Assembly: GCA_951406725.2 (NCBI GenBank)
Contig: OX597817.1
Span: 148,862,001 to 148,926,000, forward strand
Source: Octopus vulgaris
Lineage: Eukaryota
Length of the DNA stretch: 64,000 nt
Direction: 5' to 3'
The position numbers and the translations under genes are program-made. The notes under the pieces were generated by a model. That model saw only the letters and a list, made by a program, of their open reading frames with translations. It made no database searches and was not told where the DNA came from. Shown here piece after piece: positions 12,339 through 26,334 of the stretch (position 1 is the stretch's first letter; each line of letters begins with the position of its first letter).

Positions 12339-13529
12339 GGTGTGAGAGGATGGTTAAGTCATAGTTAGATTAGTCATAGTTACTTATATACTTTAAGTCA
12401 TAGTTTTATATATATATATATCAGTATGAATACTTTCTTCCTATTGTGATATAAGGTACGTTAGAAAATTATCTCTAACTACGTGTTTCGATGGCTAGAA
12501 TTTATTAGTGATTCTTGTTATAGTACAGTGTACATTAAATAATATTCATCGAATACTGGTTGGACTACTTGTTTTGTTGATCCTCCCTTAACAGAACAGT
12601 AAACCAGGTGTGTATATGTGTGTGTGTGTGTGCGTGTGTACGTATGCAGCTGCAGTCTTTCGTTTTAAAATGATCAAAACTGAAGCTCGTTTCTTAGTAA
12701 TTTGCATGGAAAACGTATCATTTTCGTTTCGTCACTTTATTCCTTCTGGTACATGTACTGAATAAGGAATTGCTACTATAATTTGTATGATAAAAGCACA
12801 AGCAGTATGATGTATCGATAAATCTCACTGGTGTGTATGTTTGTATGTGTTTCTATATACACACATAGAGACACATACACACACACATACACATATATAC
12901 ACACACATGTATGTGAGCTATTGCTATATACATATATATATATATAAAATTTTGAGAAAAACTCTATTAAACAATTCAATAATGAAAGATATTCACACCA
13001 TATGGAAAGCATATATTATAAAAACCTTATTATGAAAAACAAAAACAATAAATAGTAAATAGTTGTAAAAAGACTATATATGTTTATACATGAATTATAT
13101 ATACATAGACAAATTTTACTACACATGTACACAAGTTTATATTTATACATATGTACTTCTGTTTCTCTGGATGTGTATTAATGTGAATTTATATTTATGT
13201 GTGAGAGTGCATAATGTTTAGGGTACAGCACTCGTTTAGTGCTTAGGGTACCGTGTTTAGGGTACTAGTGCTTACGACACTGCACTTAGAATCGTGAAAT
13301 CGTAGGATCGATTCCCGGAAGGAGCGGTGCGTTTTGTTCTTTGACAAGACTCTTCATTACCCGCTGTTTTGCGATCACTATTGCACCTATACACGTGATG
13401 GGGATTTCATTGAGAGAGTGAGTGCATGCGCAGTAGGAATACTACATGATAATAATCAAATCATCTGTGCAGCTTATTCAACAAAAAATTGCAGAACCGT
13501 CTTTTTGGGAGCCTCGAGACTAAGCTAAT

Positions 13530-13657
<128 letters not shown>

Positions 13658-13679
13658 TATATATATATATAATTCTATC

Positions 13680-13871
13680 ATTCGTCATGATAGATCGCTA
13701 GCGACTACACATTCTTTATTTTCCCTCCTTGTTTCTTTCTGTGTTCCTTTCTGTGGAAGTGTGTAGGCTCGAAATGTTAAAGACTTCTTCACTTCGCGAG
13801 CGTTAAACTAATATATGTATTTGTTGTCTACACCACCTGTCTTGGTCTTTTGTTTTTTATTGAATTCTCCC

Positions 13872-13875
<4 letters not shown>
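13680..13875 (+). mobile_element. (TA)n-flanked short repeat with degenerate hammerhead-like motif
   Basis: CTTT-CTGTGGA-A-GTGTGTAGGCTC-GAAAT-GTT-AAAG at 13747-13782; homologous to 6161-6325. Confidence 0.55.
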
Positions 13876-13909
<34 letters not shown>

Positions 13910-14429
13910 TGTTTTACAGCTTATAGCCAAAAATAAATGTGAGTACTCGGAGAATATTTATACTAAATTCCATTTTTACGACTCTAATTTATACCAAAGT
14001 GAACACCCAACGTATTGTTTATTCGATATTGGAAAGTGGCTCCGTTTCTTGTGTAGGGTTCTATCGTTTCCCGTAATCAGTTTCTAAATATTCAGTCCAA
14101 ACGATGATGTTTTGCCCCTTTTTGCTTTATTTTATTTTTCCGTACTTTGTTCTCTTTTCTACTCACAACCTCCTGTAATATATCTCGTTTCTGAAAGTTG
14201 TCATTCATTGCTACAGGTGTAATTTTTCAAAAATGTATGAATCAGTACTTTGCAGTGATGACAATTTAGCAAATACATAGCAGTTGCATGTGCAAGCCAT
14301 GGATATATCGAGAAAAGAACTGACAAGAATATTTCAGGGATATGATTTGAACAACCCTGCCGGGACCGACTTAATATTTCTTAACACATTTGTGCAGAAC
14401 ATCATTCCTGAAAACCACCACACATACAC

Positions 14430-14492
<63 letters not shown>

Positions 14493-14567
14493 ACTGTCCT
14501 GTTATTAGGGCAAGTTCAATTAAAAAAAGTTCCTTCCAATGAGAGATAAATATAATTTATTCTAATA

Positions 14568-15122
14568 GGCGCAGGAGTGGCTGTGTGGTAAGTAGCTTGT
14601 TTACCAACCACATGGTTCCGGGTTCAGTCCCACTGCGTGGCACCTTGGGCAAGTGTATTCTACTATAGCCTCGGGCCGACCAAAGCCTTGTGAGTGGATT
14701 TGGTAGATGGAAACTGAAAGAAGCCCGTCGTATATATATATATATATATATACTAGCAGTATCGCCCGGCGTTGCTCAGGTTTGTAAGGGAAATAACTAT
14801 AAAGCATTTTTAGAGAGAGAGTTATAGCCAAAAAATAGCAAAAAAATGGAAAAAAATTATGGTAAATTTTTTTTTTAGTTAAAAAAGGTGGAGTTGCGTC
14901 CCCTAGACAGTTTGCGGTTTGTGTTTCTGATTCTCGACCCCATGTCGAATTTATCGATTTTTTTCAGAACTGGGGGAACTTTTCAAAATTTCCGCTGCGT
15001 TAGTTTTGAATTATGACATTGGGCTATGTGTGTGTCAAGTTTCATCAGAATCGGTTGAAAGCCGTGGTCAGGGTGAGGGTACAAGCAAACAGACACACAG
15101 AAACACGCACAGACAAACTGCC

Positions 15123-15199
<77 letters not shown>

Positions 15200-15422
15200 C
15201 GTGTGTGTGTTTGTGTGTCTATGTTTGTCCCCCAAGCATTGTTTGACAACCGATGCTGGTGTGTTTATGTCCCCGTTACTTAGCGGTTCGGCAAAAGAGA
15301 CCGATAGAATAAGTACAAGGCTTACAAAAGAATAAGTCCCGGGGTCAAGTTGCTCGATTAAAGGTGGTGATTCAGCATGGCCGCAGTCAAATGACTGAAA
15401 GAAGTAAAAGAGTAAAAGAGTA
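14568..15422 (+). mobile_element. Full-length SINE family A with a Helitron nested in its (TA)n
   Basis: Head GGCGCAGGAGTGGCTGTGTGG (A box), GGTTCAGTCC (B box), CCTTGGGCAAGTG; tail ends (GTAAAAGA)n. Confidence 0.9.
14753..15130 (-). mobile_element. Non-autonomous Helitron
   Basis: Minus-strand 3' end ACCTGAGCAACGCCGGGCGATACTGCTAG is identical to that of 3648-4005, but the internal sequence differs; the 5' end merges into (TA)n. Confidence 0.75.
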
Positions 15423-15789
15423 CACAGTTCAAAGATAAGAGCCAGTAGTAATTTCTTGCTATAAAGACACATAGTAAGCAAATCTATATAATGTGTCTTG
15501 TCTTTCCGAGCGGTCTGCTGGCCCTGAGCACATGGTCTACTTTATTTAAAAATCAGGACGCTGGCACATGAGAAACCACGAGAAGAGGTGAAAAAACGAG
15601 AAGGTTGATGCAACAAGTGGAAGGGCGAATAAAACGGCAACAAAATAAAAGAAAAAATGGAAATTAGAGTTACGCCCTCTTTGACCTTATAAGCCATAAT
15701 GAAACTCGTTGTTTTAGGATAACGTAACGGAAAGGAGTCAAAAATCTGCCAGGCGACAGCTCCTTCCGGAGAGGATTGTGTCCTCCGGT

Positions 15790-16130
15790 TCGCTAAAAGA
15801 AATGTGTTTATATGTTTGCATTTACTGAAAATTTAAGATCCGGAATTAAATTGTGCGGTGGAATTCCTAAATCTTAAAAGAACGCACAATCATTCATCTA
15901 CGCATAAGTTGCATTTCGTAGATCCATTTACACATGGCATGAATTTTTCTACGATTCTCCACTTTATTGTACGTGGTGTGCCCCATACGTGGCTAGCTAA
16001 CTCAGTGGCTTTACTTTTGTGGATGTCCTGAAAAGAAGAATTGTGGTTTACATAACGTGTTTTGAAATCACCTTCGTATAAACCCATGTAATTTTGAATT
16101 TTAGTTACATTATCTTGAAGCGTTGCTATG
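15790..16130 (-). pseudogene. Decayed Penelope-like GIY-YIG endonuclease C-terminus
   Basis: YMGLYEGDFKTRYVNHNSSF...KATELASHVW...IKWRIVEK...CNLCVDE, then NSGS*IFSKCKH. Matches the PLE pattern YIG..E..FK.RY.NH..SF / T.LS..VW / CNLC..E / SKC.H. Confidence 0.85.
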
Positions 16131-17219
16131 GCATTACTTCAAAGACGACGAAGTTTATTCTACATGTTTGGCGAAGTGTGCAAGCTCTGGAATGCGTGGT
16201 CAATGCATAACAAAGCTACAATCTTTACATCATTGTTAGAAGGGATCAATATTGTAAGGGAACAATGTAGATTCCATTTTCATCGTCGAGTGTACTGCAG
16301 ATTTCTGATGTTTACCGTGTCATATTTCTTTGGAGAAAGCATTCTAGAAGTTATATAATCCTTTAGTTTCACCAATTTCCCTTTTTTATTATCATTCATA
16401 TCTTCTGAACGTGTTGGCAGCTATTTAAACTTTTTATCAAACGGAAATTCTATGCAGTGTTTTGCATATACAGAACACTTGTCATAGGCAATTTGCATAA
16501 CGAATTCTATGACTTTGTTGGTTTTGTCTCCCTCCATTACTTTAATATCATTATCAGCAGTTACATCAACATTCACTTAAACAATCATGACAATAGCACA
16601 CTGGAATTTCGTAACAGTTTTTCCAACTCTAAATATAAATCCTTCCAAAAGAAGAGCAACACATTACGTATTCCTCTGCAGCGTAATACACTATTATTAA
16701 TCAATATCAGAATATCTCATCCTTCCTCAAAATATATCAACGTTCACGATATGATATACTAACTTCAAACAATATGCTTGGTTATTCATTCGATGCTTTA
16801 CCTAAATTACATGACCTAAATACCTTGTGATTTCTCTCGTCAGCAGTTTCATTGCCAACAAAGCTACAAACACACGTATTTGCAATAAGAACACAAAACC
16901 ACAGATAGGAGGAAGTGAATGAGGAAACTATGGAAAAAATGAGTTCGTGCTAAACAAGATATAAGCAAAGCAGATTATATCAGAGAACTGAAATACAAAC
17001 TGTCATAAGATTGCTGTTTAAATATACATGGCATATTTTATTGTGAAAATTAAGAACAAAATTGCAAAATGCAGCAAATAAATGATTCATAAAGAAAGGA
17101 AATTACACTTTCACCCGCTTATACACACATATGTGTACACTTACACACACACACACACATATATATATGTATATATACGTATATGTATATATACATACAT
17201 ATACATACGTATATATATA

Positions 17220-17267
<48 letters not shown>

Positions 17268-17293
17268 TTCATACGTATATATATATATGTATG

Positions 17294-17326
<33 letters not shown>

Positions 17327-17610
17327 GTATGTATGCATGTATGTATGTGTGTATATATGCGTATATATGTTACGCTAACATAGCCATAGTCAGCAAATTC
17401 ACGCGAAGACACGAATATCTTGAACTGTTCGTGTTTGTTGCGATTTCATTTACTTTTACTTCTCCTATCATGCACTGCTTTCTTTCTCCATGAGGTTTGT
17501 GTATCCGCTTTCCAAGATTGAAGTATGAGTACGTGAGCAGATACACATGTACAACACATATACAATCCCCCCCACACACACACTAACACACATTTATATA
17601 CACATATGCA

Positions 17611-17695
<85 letters not shown>

Positions 17696-17825
17696 CATAC
17701 ATAGATATAGATATACTTATATGCAAGATCAGATTGATAAGGAGGTGTGTGTGAGCGGAAACGTAATAAAATACATCTACTCCGATATAGATACGTGTGT
17801 GTGCAATAAATATAGTTAATGGCTA

Positions 17826-18020
17826 AGGCGGTGAACTGGCAGAAATACTTAGCTGTATTTCACCTTTCTTTACGATTCAACCTCAAATTCCGTCGAGGTC
17901 GACGTTGCCTTTCATTATTTCGAGGTCGATAAATTAAGTACTAGTTGCGTACTGGCGTCGGTCTAATCGAGTGGCCTCTCCTCCAAAAATTATGGGCCTT
18001 GTGGCTAGAACAGAAAAGAA
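17826..18020 (+). mobile_element. SINE family B
   Basis: GGCGGTGAACTGGCAGAA...GAGGTCGAC.TTGCCTTTCAT...GGTCGATAAATTAAGTAC. Confidence 0.8.
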
Positions 18021-20419
18021 TATAGATAATGATTATGCATATGTACATACATGCATTCATGCAAACATATACTTAGATAAGTACGCACATTCATACACAT
18101 ACGCTCTCATGCGCGAACGGATATACACAATAATGACGCACAGTTTTAAATACGTATTGTTTCTATCTATCCATTCGTACTGAGACCCCTTAGGAAATTT
18201 CATCTCAAATCAGAGGTTTCTACCACTCATTATATGTGTATGTATTTTTGTCTACTTTTCCGATTATGCGTGTGTGTATATGCGCTAGTGCGAACACTAG
18301 CACACCGACGTCCACATCTTTACTGCGGTGATGTACTTCCAAACACTTGCGGTTTATCACTGTTCTTTATCAGCTTGAAGCTGAAATACAGAAAATTGCT
18401 CTTCTCAATGAAATTAGTTTGTAATTTATTTCGAACGGTTTTTTTCTGTTCCTGTTTACTTTTAAATGTTTTTTTTTTATCCTAGCTACATCTGAGCTAT
18501 TTTCATTTTGTTTTATTTCAAACTTACTAAGGTTTCGAATTTGACTACTCTTGTATCTTCTGTCTGAGAGAAAAAAAAATAGAAAAGTATCTGAGAAAAA
18601 AACATAAATTGTATATAAATAAAACAAAACCTTCTCATTACAAGATTTCAAATTTACTGCATAAATCCATTGTAATATAATCAGTATACAGATTATAACC
18701 ATTGTCTGGAGAACTAATTACCGATTTCCTTGGTTAAAATAGATTGATGTTCAAATTCAAGGGATCGATATTTGAACAAATATTCTAGTAGAAACGATGA
18801 GATAATAAAATTTCAAATATAAAGGAAAAAAGTAAATTACTATACGGAAGAATGGAAGAGACAGAATTAAATTATTAAATCTTGAACGCTAACTTATAAA
18901 CATGCCTTTGCGAATTGAACAGATGGCGACCAACGTATTGTGCGGTGTCTGAATTATATGATTTAACGGTGGTCTGGAATGTGTTCTCTGGCTGATATAT
19001 TGTCGCCATTTATGGGGAGGCAGTTACACATCGGCACACAAATGAACAACTTGTTTCCTACAAAAAAGAAAAAACAGAAAAATATCTAATGGATGATGTT
19101 TTTTTGTATTTAGTTTTGTCAAATATTTCCTGTTAAGGCAAAAAATTTGATGTTTGCAATAATGAATCTGGATAATAATTTGCTGTGTTTCGTTTAATGT
19201 CTAATTGTTCTTAAGGTTCCTCGACGTAAATAAACAAATGCGTTAATCTTTTTGTGGAAGGAGAGTTTACGAAGACATAATATTCTTCTAGTGTAACAGC
19301 AATCTTCATATAAACATATAAAAGCACACACACACACACACGTATATATGTATATGTGTGTGTACGTACATGCATGTAGATAGATAAACATAAACACATA
19401 AATTCGATTACAATTGGCAATTGGTTTGGACAACGAACCAATGTACTATATATCCCGTTCCATCACCAGTATCCTATGTTCTCCAGTGATCAGACCGCCA
19501 CTAACTTTTAACTGGGATTTTATCATGCTTTCAAAGAACGCCTACTATAACATATTTATTTCATAAAAGAATAGTTATCAGAAATATGGATGGAGGATTT
19601 GATGTTATTTCACAAATATAAACTTGAGACCTTATCAATACATGTAATACACAAAGAAATTCTTACGGAACTATAATTACATTCATGTCGCATAGAGCAG
19701 AACTTTCTATAAAATCCAACAAAGCTTTGTATGTTTGATTCATCAGTTAATATAATTCCAGCTGTTTCTGCTGTTCAAATGTATGTGTATCGCAGATATT
19801 TCACTCATTTTCTTGCAGTGGGACAATCAAAAAGATATCTACGGCCTTGCATTTCTTGTATATTTTTCTTATATCTGCATACATACTGTAAATGAAAACA
19901 TACGAGTTGTCTCTCTGGGTTTTATTATATACTATTCGAATTATTTATCAATTCGATTTTGATTCAACTTTATGCAAAACGAGAGATTATATAAACGAAT
20001 AAATGTTAATCTAGATTCTATGAAGCGGTTTCGTCATCCATATTTAGTTGTAACGGCATACGTATGTGTATTTCTGGCCAGAAAGTATTTTAAGATTAGT
20101 AATTTTGCACTCGTACATGTCTTGTCTCTTGTTGCCACTGATGTTTACCCAGAGGATAAGATAGATACAGCTTAACACCAGTCTCGGTGCAAGAGTTGCT
20201 ACTAGAATGCAAAATAGTGGAGCATGTTTCAGAAAAGAGAAAAAAGAATTCAAGCGACTCGCTGGCTATTCCACCAAGTTTGTTTTGGAATGCTCTATCG
20301 ACCACGAAACGATGAAAGGCAGAGATAATCTTAGTAAGATTTGAACGCAGAGCGTAGAGGGGCGAAATAAATGACAGTGTGGCTAACACAATACTCTGCT
20401 AATTCACTGCCCTTAGATA

Positions 20420-20651
20420 GGGCGACGAGCTGGCAGAATTGTTAGCACGCCAGGCGAAATGCTTAGTGGTATTTCGTCTGCCGCTACGTTCTGAGTTCAA
20501 ATTCCGCCGTGGTCGACTTTGCCTTTCATCCTTTCGGAGTCGATTAAATAAGTACCAATTAGGCACTGGGGTCGATGTAATCGACTTAGTCCCTTTGTCT
20601 GTCATTGCTTATCCCCTCTATGTTTAGCCCCTTGTGTGCAATAAAGAATTA
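20420..20651 (+). mobile_element. SINE family B with 18-bp target-site duplication
   Basis: AATTCACTGCCCTTAGAT at 20401-20418 and 20652-20669; inserted at the end of an older minus-strand copy (about 20230-20415). Confidence 0.9.
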
Positions 20652-21384
20652 AATTCACTGCCCTTAGATTTCTGATAACAAGCAATTGTTGTTCCTGTTT
20701 AGGAACTTAGTAAAATAAAATAATTTTTTTATTAGTCTCTGGTCAAATCTAGACATGCATATCCATGAACGATCGAAGACATTACTGTTGAGAACTTAAT
20801 TGTTATTTCTGACATTCAGCACCCACAATTATATCTGTCAATGCGTCATTTATTTAAGATAGTAGTCAGAGTTCGGCTGAATACTTCGCTGCTGTTTTAT
20901 TTCACAAAAGTGGTGCAACCGTAAATAGATTCTGTTATTTCAGTTGTATTGAAACCTAAGCAAGAGGAAGTATTTCGGTATAAGCTACGTTGTATCTATG
21001 CATATTAAGAAATTACAGCGGATTGTGGGTGATTAGTATATATATATATTTATGTATGAGGATTCCCCATAAAGCTTTCTGCAAGGATAGTATTTTGCTA
21101 GTTGTCAGGTTCAGTGTTACATGGATGTAGTTTAATATTGAATTTACTGTAAATAAATCAACAAAACCCTCACTTAAAATTGCATGAAATACAAACCCAC
21201 GCACCACAGATACAACACACACACACACACACACATACACACACACACACATTCGCGCGCACACACATAAATATCTATAAATACATACATATATACAAAC
21301 ACACACACATATATACATAGACACATATATATGTATACACACTCACACAAACACATACATACATTTATATATACGAGTTGCATT

Positions 21385-21505
21385 CGAAAAGCACACTACG
21401 CCGCCTTTTCGCGCCGGTTGTTGCGGCCAGAATAAAAACATGTAGTCCGCCCACGTTGGATTTTCGTTTGCAGCAAGATGACCGAACGCACCGAGCAGAG
21501 ACCTT
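21385..21505. promoter_or_regulatory. CpG-rich unique patch with E2F-like site and GC box (possible promoter)
   Basis: TTTTCGCGCC at 21406-21415 and CCGCCC at 21447-21452 within a CpG cluster; no downstream exon identified. Confidence 0.25.
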
Positions 21506-21626
21506 AAACTCATGCTTCATCACCAGTGATGATGTTCTTCATGAAATCTGGGCCTTTGCACTGTCATGCTATAATCGTCAAAATTTGCCTAAAATGTATC
21601 AATGTATTGTGGACGTAGAAAGACAG

Positions 21627-21680
<54 letters not shown>

Positions 21681-21692
21681 CATAAATATATA

Positions 21693-21741
<49 letters not shown>

Positions 21742-22060
21742 AAGTCAAATTGCGATAAAATAAAATTAATTATTGTCGCTGGTATGTATGTATATATGCA
21801 TACATACATACATGCGTACGTATATATATATATATATATATATTAATGTTTAGAAAGAAGGTATTAAACGCAATATCCAAACTGTGTTCCAGGGTAAGTC
21901 CTAGGTAGTGTATCTGTGGAGCACGTTCTCCACCTAAGGCTACCAGGCGCCATCAGTAATACTATGCATTGATCGTTGGATCAACGATGAACGCATAGTA
22001 GGGTGTATTATAAAGATGAAACGAGAAGACGGAGAGTAACAAAAGCAAGTATTACCACAA

Positions 22061-22255
22061 CAATATTTTCGGCTTCATGTTGCACATATGCATAAGTATA
22101 TAATAAATAGGAAATAATATATAATACTGTTGTATTTAGGAATGGTCATATTGCCAGTTTAGCAATAAAAACACACGCACTATATATTCAATATTTTCGG
22201 CTTCATGTTGCACATATACATAAGTATATAATAAATAGGAAATAATATATAATAC
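22061..22255 (+). repeat. 67-bp direct repeat pair (period 128)
   Basis: CAATATTTTCGGCTTCATGTTGCAC...ATATAATAC at 22061-22127 and 22189-22255. Confidence 0.85.
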
Positions 22256-22758
22256 ATAATATATAATACATTATATATATAAATATGCATATATGGGTAC
22301 AGGACATTATCAACTATGCAAATTTCATGAAATCTATAAACAACGAGAAAAGAAATGCAAAACAGCAAAGTAAACATAGAGAAAGGTCCTTTCATCAGTT
22401 GTCGGATGTCTATCTACTATCCATTTCGAGCATTCAACGACAATGTCAGTCTTCAAAGACAGATGCACCCAGAAGTTCTAAAATAAAATTTAGGTTTTAT
22501 GGAGGGTCAAACTAAGGAACAAAAACATGACAGTGGAGACATACAAGGAAACCGAACGAAAAGCAATATGGAGGGTCGTTAGACCAGAATGTGAGGAAAA
22601 TAGTGAACGCTGTGATAAATATTTTTTTCTTTTTTGAAAGAGAAAAGATAGAAGAGACTGGTTACTAAATCAAGTTATATACATAAGTGTATATATTACT
22701 TGTTTTAGTTACCAGTCTTTTACATTTCTATTTTCCTTTCATTATTTTTCCCGAGTGT

Positions 22759-23153
22759 GGAGGCGCAATGGCCCAGTGGTTAGGGCAGCGGACTCGCGGT
22801 CATAGGATCGCGGTTTCGATTCCCAGACCGGGCGTTGTGAGTGTCTATTGAGCGAAAACACCTAAAAGCTCCACGAGGCTCCGGCAGGGGATGGTGGTGA
22901 TCCCTGCTGTACTCTTTCACCACAACTTTCTCTCACTCTTACTTCCTGTTTCTGTTGTACCTGTATTTCAAAGGGCCGGCCTTGTCACTCTCTGTGTCAC
23001 GCTGAATATCCCCGAGAACTGCGATAAGGGTACACGTGTCTGTGGAGTGCTCAGCCACTTACACGTTAATTTCACGAGCAGGCTGTTCCGTTCATTCGGA
23101 TCAACCGGAACCCTCATCGTCGTAACCGACCGAGTGCTTCCATTTCCATTTCC
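22759..23153 (+). mobile_element. SINE family C (tRNA-derived head), full length with TSD
   Basis: A box TGGCCCAGTGG, B box GGTTTCGATTCC, tail (TTTCCA)n; TSD ATTTTTCCCGAG at 22744-22755 and 23154-23165. Confidence 0.9.
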
Positions 23154-23894
23154 ATTTTTCCCGAGAGCGTTTCTGGAACCTGACAACCGAAATGTGCAGC
23201 AGGCACCACAGGAGTTAATAACAGTAAAGTAGATACCAAAACTGCAGTGATTTCCAAAGGAAAACTGATATAGAGCGGAACGCGTAGTTTACCTTGTCGT
23301 CCTTTGACAAATTTCCCAGTATTATTTATGAGGCAACGCACTTTTTTATCTCTCTGCTTTCGTTCTTACCTCCTTCTCTGTTCTCTTTCTCTCTCTCAAT
23401 TTCCCTATCCCTTTTCGATCATCTATGTAGCTAGCGATGTGGCTGGTTGTCTATCTTACCATTTATTCTGTTACTGTTTTGTCTCGTTGTCTTGCAGAAA
23501 ATTGTTATTCACCATCTCCTATCTTATCCTGTCATCCTCACTCCATTTTGCTCTTCATTGTGAAGATTTCGATACATTCAATAGTGAACAAAGGATATTT
23601 CCGTACTTTCTGACCTCCTGTCACTGTTAATTCCAAAATATAGTATAAACACTTAATGAGTATATACAAAATTAAAAACAAAACCCTGATATTTTCCTCA
23701 ATAAAATGAATATTGATCGTATAATTCGTTTTTACCCATGACATTGAGATACAAATTTTATTGATGAGAAACATAATATCTCTCTATAAAGATGATTAAT
23801 TATATCAGTAATTCTTTTATCTACAGGGTTGGACATACTAGCTGGCATCAAACGGTGTGATGATGGCTGGCAAGCCAAAGCTTCGAAGATTGTA

Positions 23895-24057
23895 AAACTT
23901 AGTTGTGGCTATGTGTTAATTAGTTTGGTTTTTAACCAAATGGCTCTAGGTTCAATCTCACTGCATGTTACCTTGGTCTAGAGACGTCTACTATAGCCGC
24001 AAGTTGACCAAAATTTTGCGAGTGTATTTGATTGGCGTAAACTAAAATAAGCCCGTC

Positions 24058-24097
<40 letters not shown>

Positions 24098-24265
24098 CAT
24101 ATGTATATGTATATATCTATATGCGTTACTGTGTTTGTGTTTGCCCAGAACACACCGCGTGACAACCGGTGTTAGCTTGTTAAGGGTGTTAGTTTGTTAC
24201 TACCCCCGAAACCTAGCATTTCGACAAAAGGAAACTGACAGACTGAAAAGAGTAAGTACTAGCAC
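23895..24265 (+). mobile_element. SINE family A, old diverged copy
   Basis: GTGGCTATGTG...GGTTCAATCTCACTGCATG...AAGCCCGTC, microsatellite, then a tail remnant. Confidence 0.65.
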
Positions 24266-24289
24266 ACTAAACATTGAGATATGTAAAAG

Positions 24290-24341
<52 letters not shown>

Positions 24342-24446
24342 CGTGCACACATATATATGTATATGTATATGTTCATATATGTACCTGATGATGTATGCAT
24401 ATGTGGGCATAAATGTACGTATGTATATATATACATATATATAAAT

Positions 24447-24521
<75 letters not shown>

Positions 24522-25631
24522 GAGAGAGAGAGAAGGGGAGAGAGTAAGGGTGACAGAACAGAATAGAGACAAAGAGATCTAAACACTTAGAGGGAAAAAC
24601 TATTAAATTAGGAATTCGAACATTATATAAAAGTGCGATCGATATTAAGAATTGATATGACACATATGTGTACGTTTACAGTGTCAAAAACACTTACATA
24701 AAAATACAACCACACACACACACACACACACACACACGCATAGACGCACACTCATACATTCACAACCATTAAACGCACACACCCCTACATACTCGCGCGC
24801 GTGCACATATTCACCACAAAGACATATACATTATGGCTATTAGTAATATCATAAACCTGAGATATCTGATTAAACACAGCCATCGAATGAAGTAAGCGAA
24901 ACGTAATTATTTGTGAAGTTTTACATACTGTGACCACGTATGGTAATGGTATACCGAGAAAATAGTACGGAACAAGAATCAGAAATGCAGAACCAATGTA
25001 AAATGGCGAAGCTTAGCAAATTAGAACCAACGATCTTGAATTTATAGATAGGGTCACGACAAACAGTAACTTGTGAATCATTCATATTGGCAGAGAGGAA
25101 TAGTAAAACGATGCTTTATGAATTAAATTACTTAAGTGTTCGTGAATTATAAGACTAAATATTAACAGACACATACCCAGAACGCTATCAATTTCGACAA
25201 CAATTACGAATAATTGACGAACGTGCGTGCAAATATTCGGGAGATGATAGACTCACGCACGTGCTCCCTCACTCATACACACACACATAGAGAGACAAGC
25301 ACACATAGACATACATAGACTCACGCGCACATTTCTGTATATGTGTGCGATTTCTAAGGAAAGACATACTCGCATGCAAATATGCAGATCATAGACGTGT
25401 ACATATGCGTGTGTGTTTCTGTGAGAGTTTGAGTTTATTTTGTATGTGTGCGTGTGTGTGTGCGTAAACAAACACGTATACTGATACCGACACACATACA
25501 CATATGCACACACGTGTTTCCAGCCATCGTTCACTACACCGGTTCGGCTAAGAGAAACATATCCATGCCTGTGCGCTCTGTTCCGTCTCCTAATATATTT
25601 ACGTATGATGTATGTCTGTGTCTCTGTCTGA

Positions 25632-25711
<80 letters not shown>

Positions 25712-25811
25712 GTATCTATGTATGTATGTAGATATGTATATATATGTATATATGTATATATACATATGTGTGTATATATATATAATAGTATATATATATA
25801 TGTATATATAT

Positions 25812-25855
<44 letters not shown>

Positions 25856-26334
25856 TATATATACATATATATATTATATATATACATGTGTGCAGAATGT
25901 ACATATACACTTGAGTATCTATGTATGTACGTAAATGTGCATATTTTAGCTTCAATTTGACTTGTGCTCGAGAGCAATCAAATATTTCCACTTTATTTCA
26001 TGCTTTTTGTTTTAATCTAACATCCCTCTGGTAACAATGTAAATATTATCGTAATATTTACTTTGCTTCTTCTGTGCATAATTGTTGCACAGTGTTATAT
26101 CCAATTGAATTTATCTGGTAATTATGTCATCGAGTGTATAGAGCAAGACAGAAAAATCAACCCCAGTGGGATTAGAACTTAGAATGTGAAGTTTATTGGC
26201 GGCTAAGTTAGGGTGTCAGTATTTGTTCGAACCCTTTGTGCAGCCAGATCAAATTGTCTTTCATCCATTTTGGTTCAAGGAAAAAAGTTAGCAGAATAGT
26301 TCAGTGGATTTTTATAATTCTAATAATGCCAACC

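Noticed and set aside
13217-13266. Three TTAGGG hexamers (telomere-like)
   Set aside because: Not tandem; local duplications at the head of a decayed SINE-like repeat.
22759-22832. tRNA gene call for SINE heads (also 34896-34965 and 52104)
   Set aside because: A and B boxes are present, but there is no proper acceptor stem and the sequence continues into repeat bodies with TSDs.
22891-23232. Apparent paralogous ORFs MVVIPAVLFHHN... (also 52235-52438)
   Set aside because: Both lie inside SINE family C copies.
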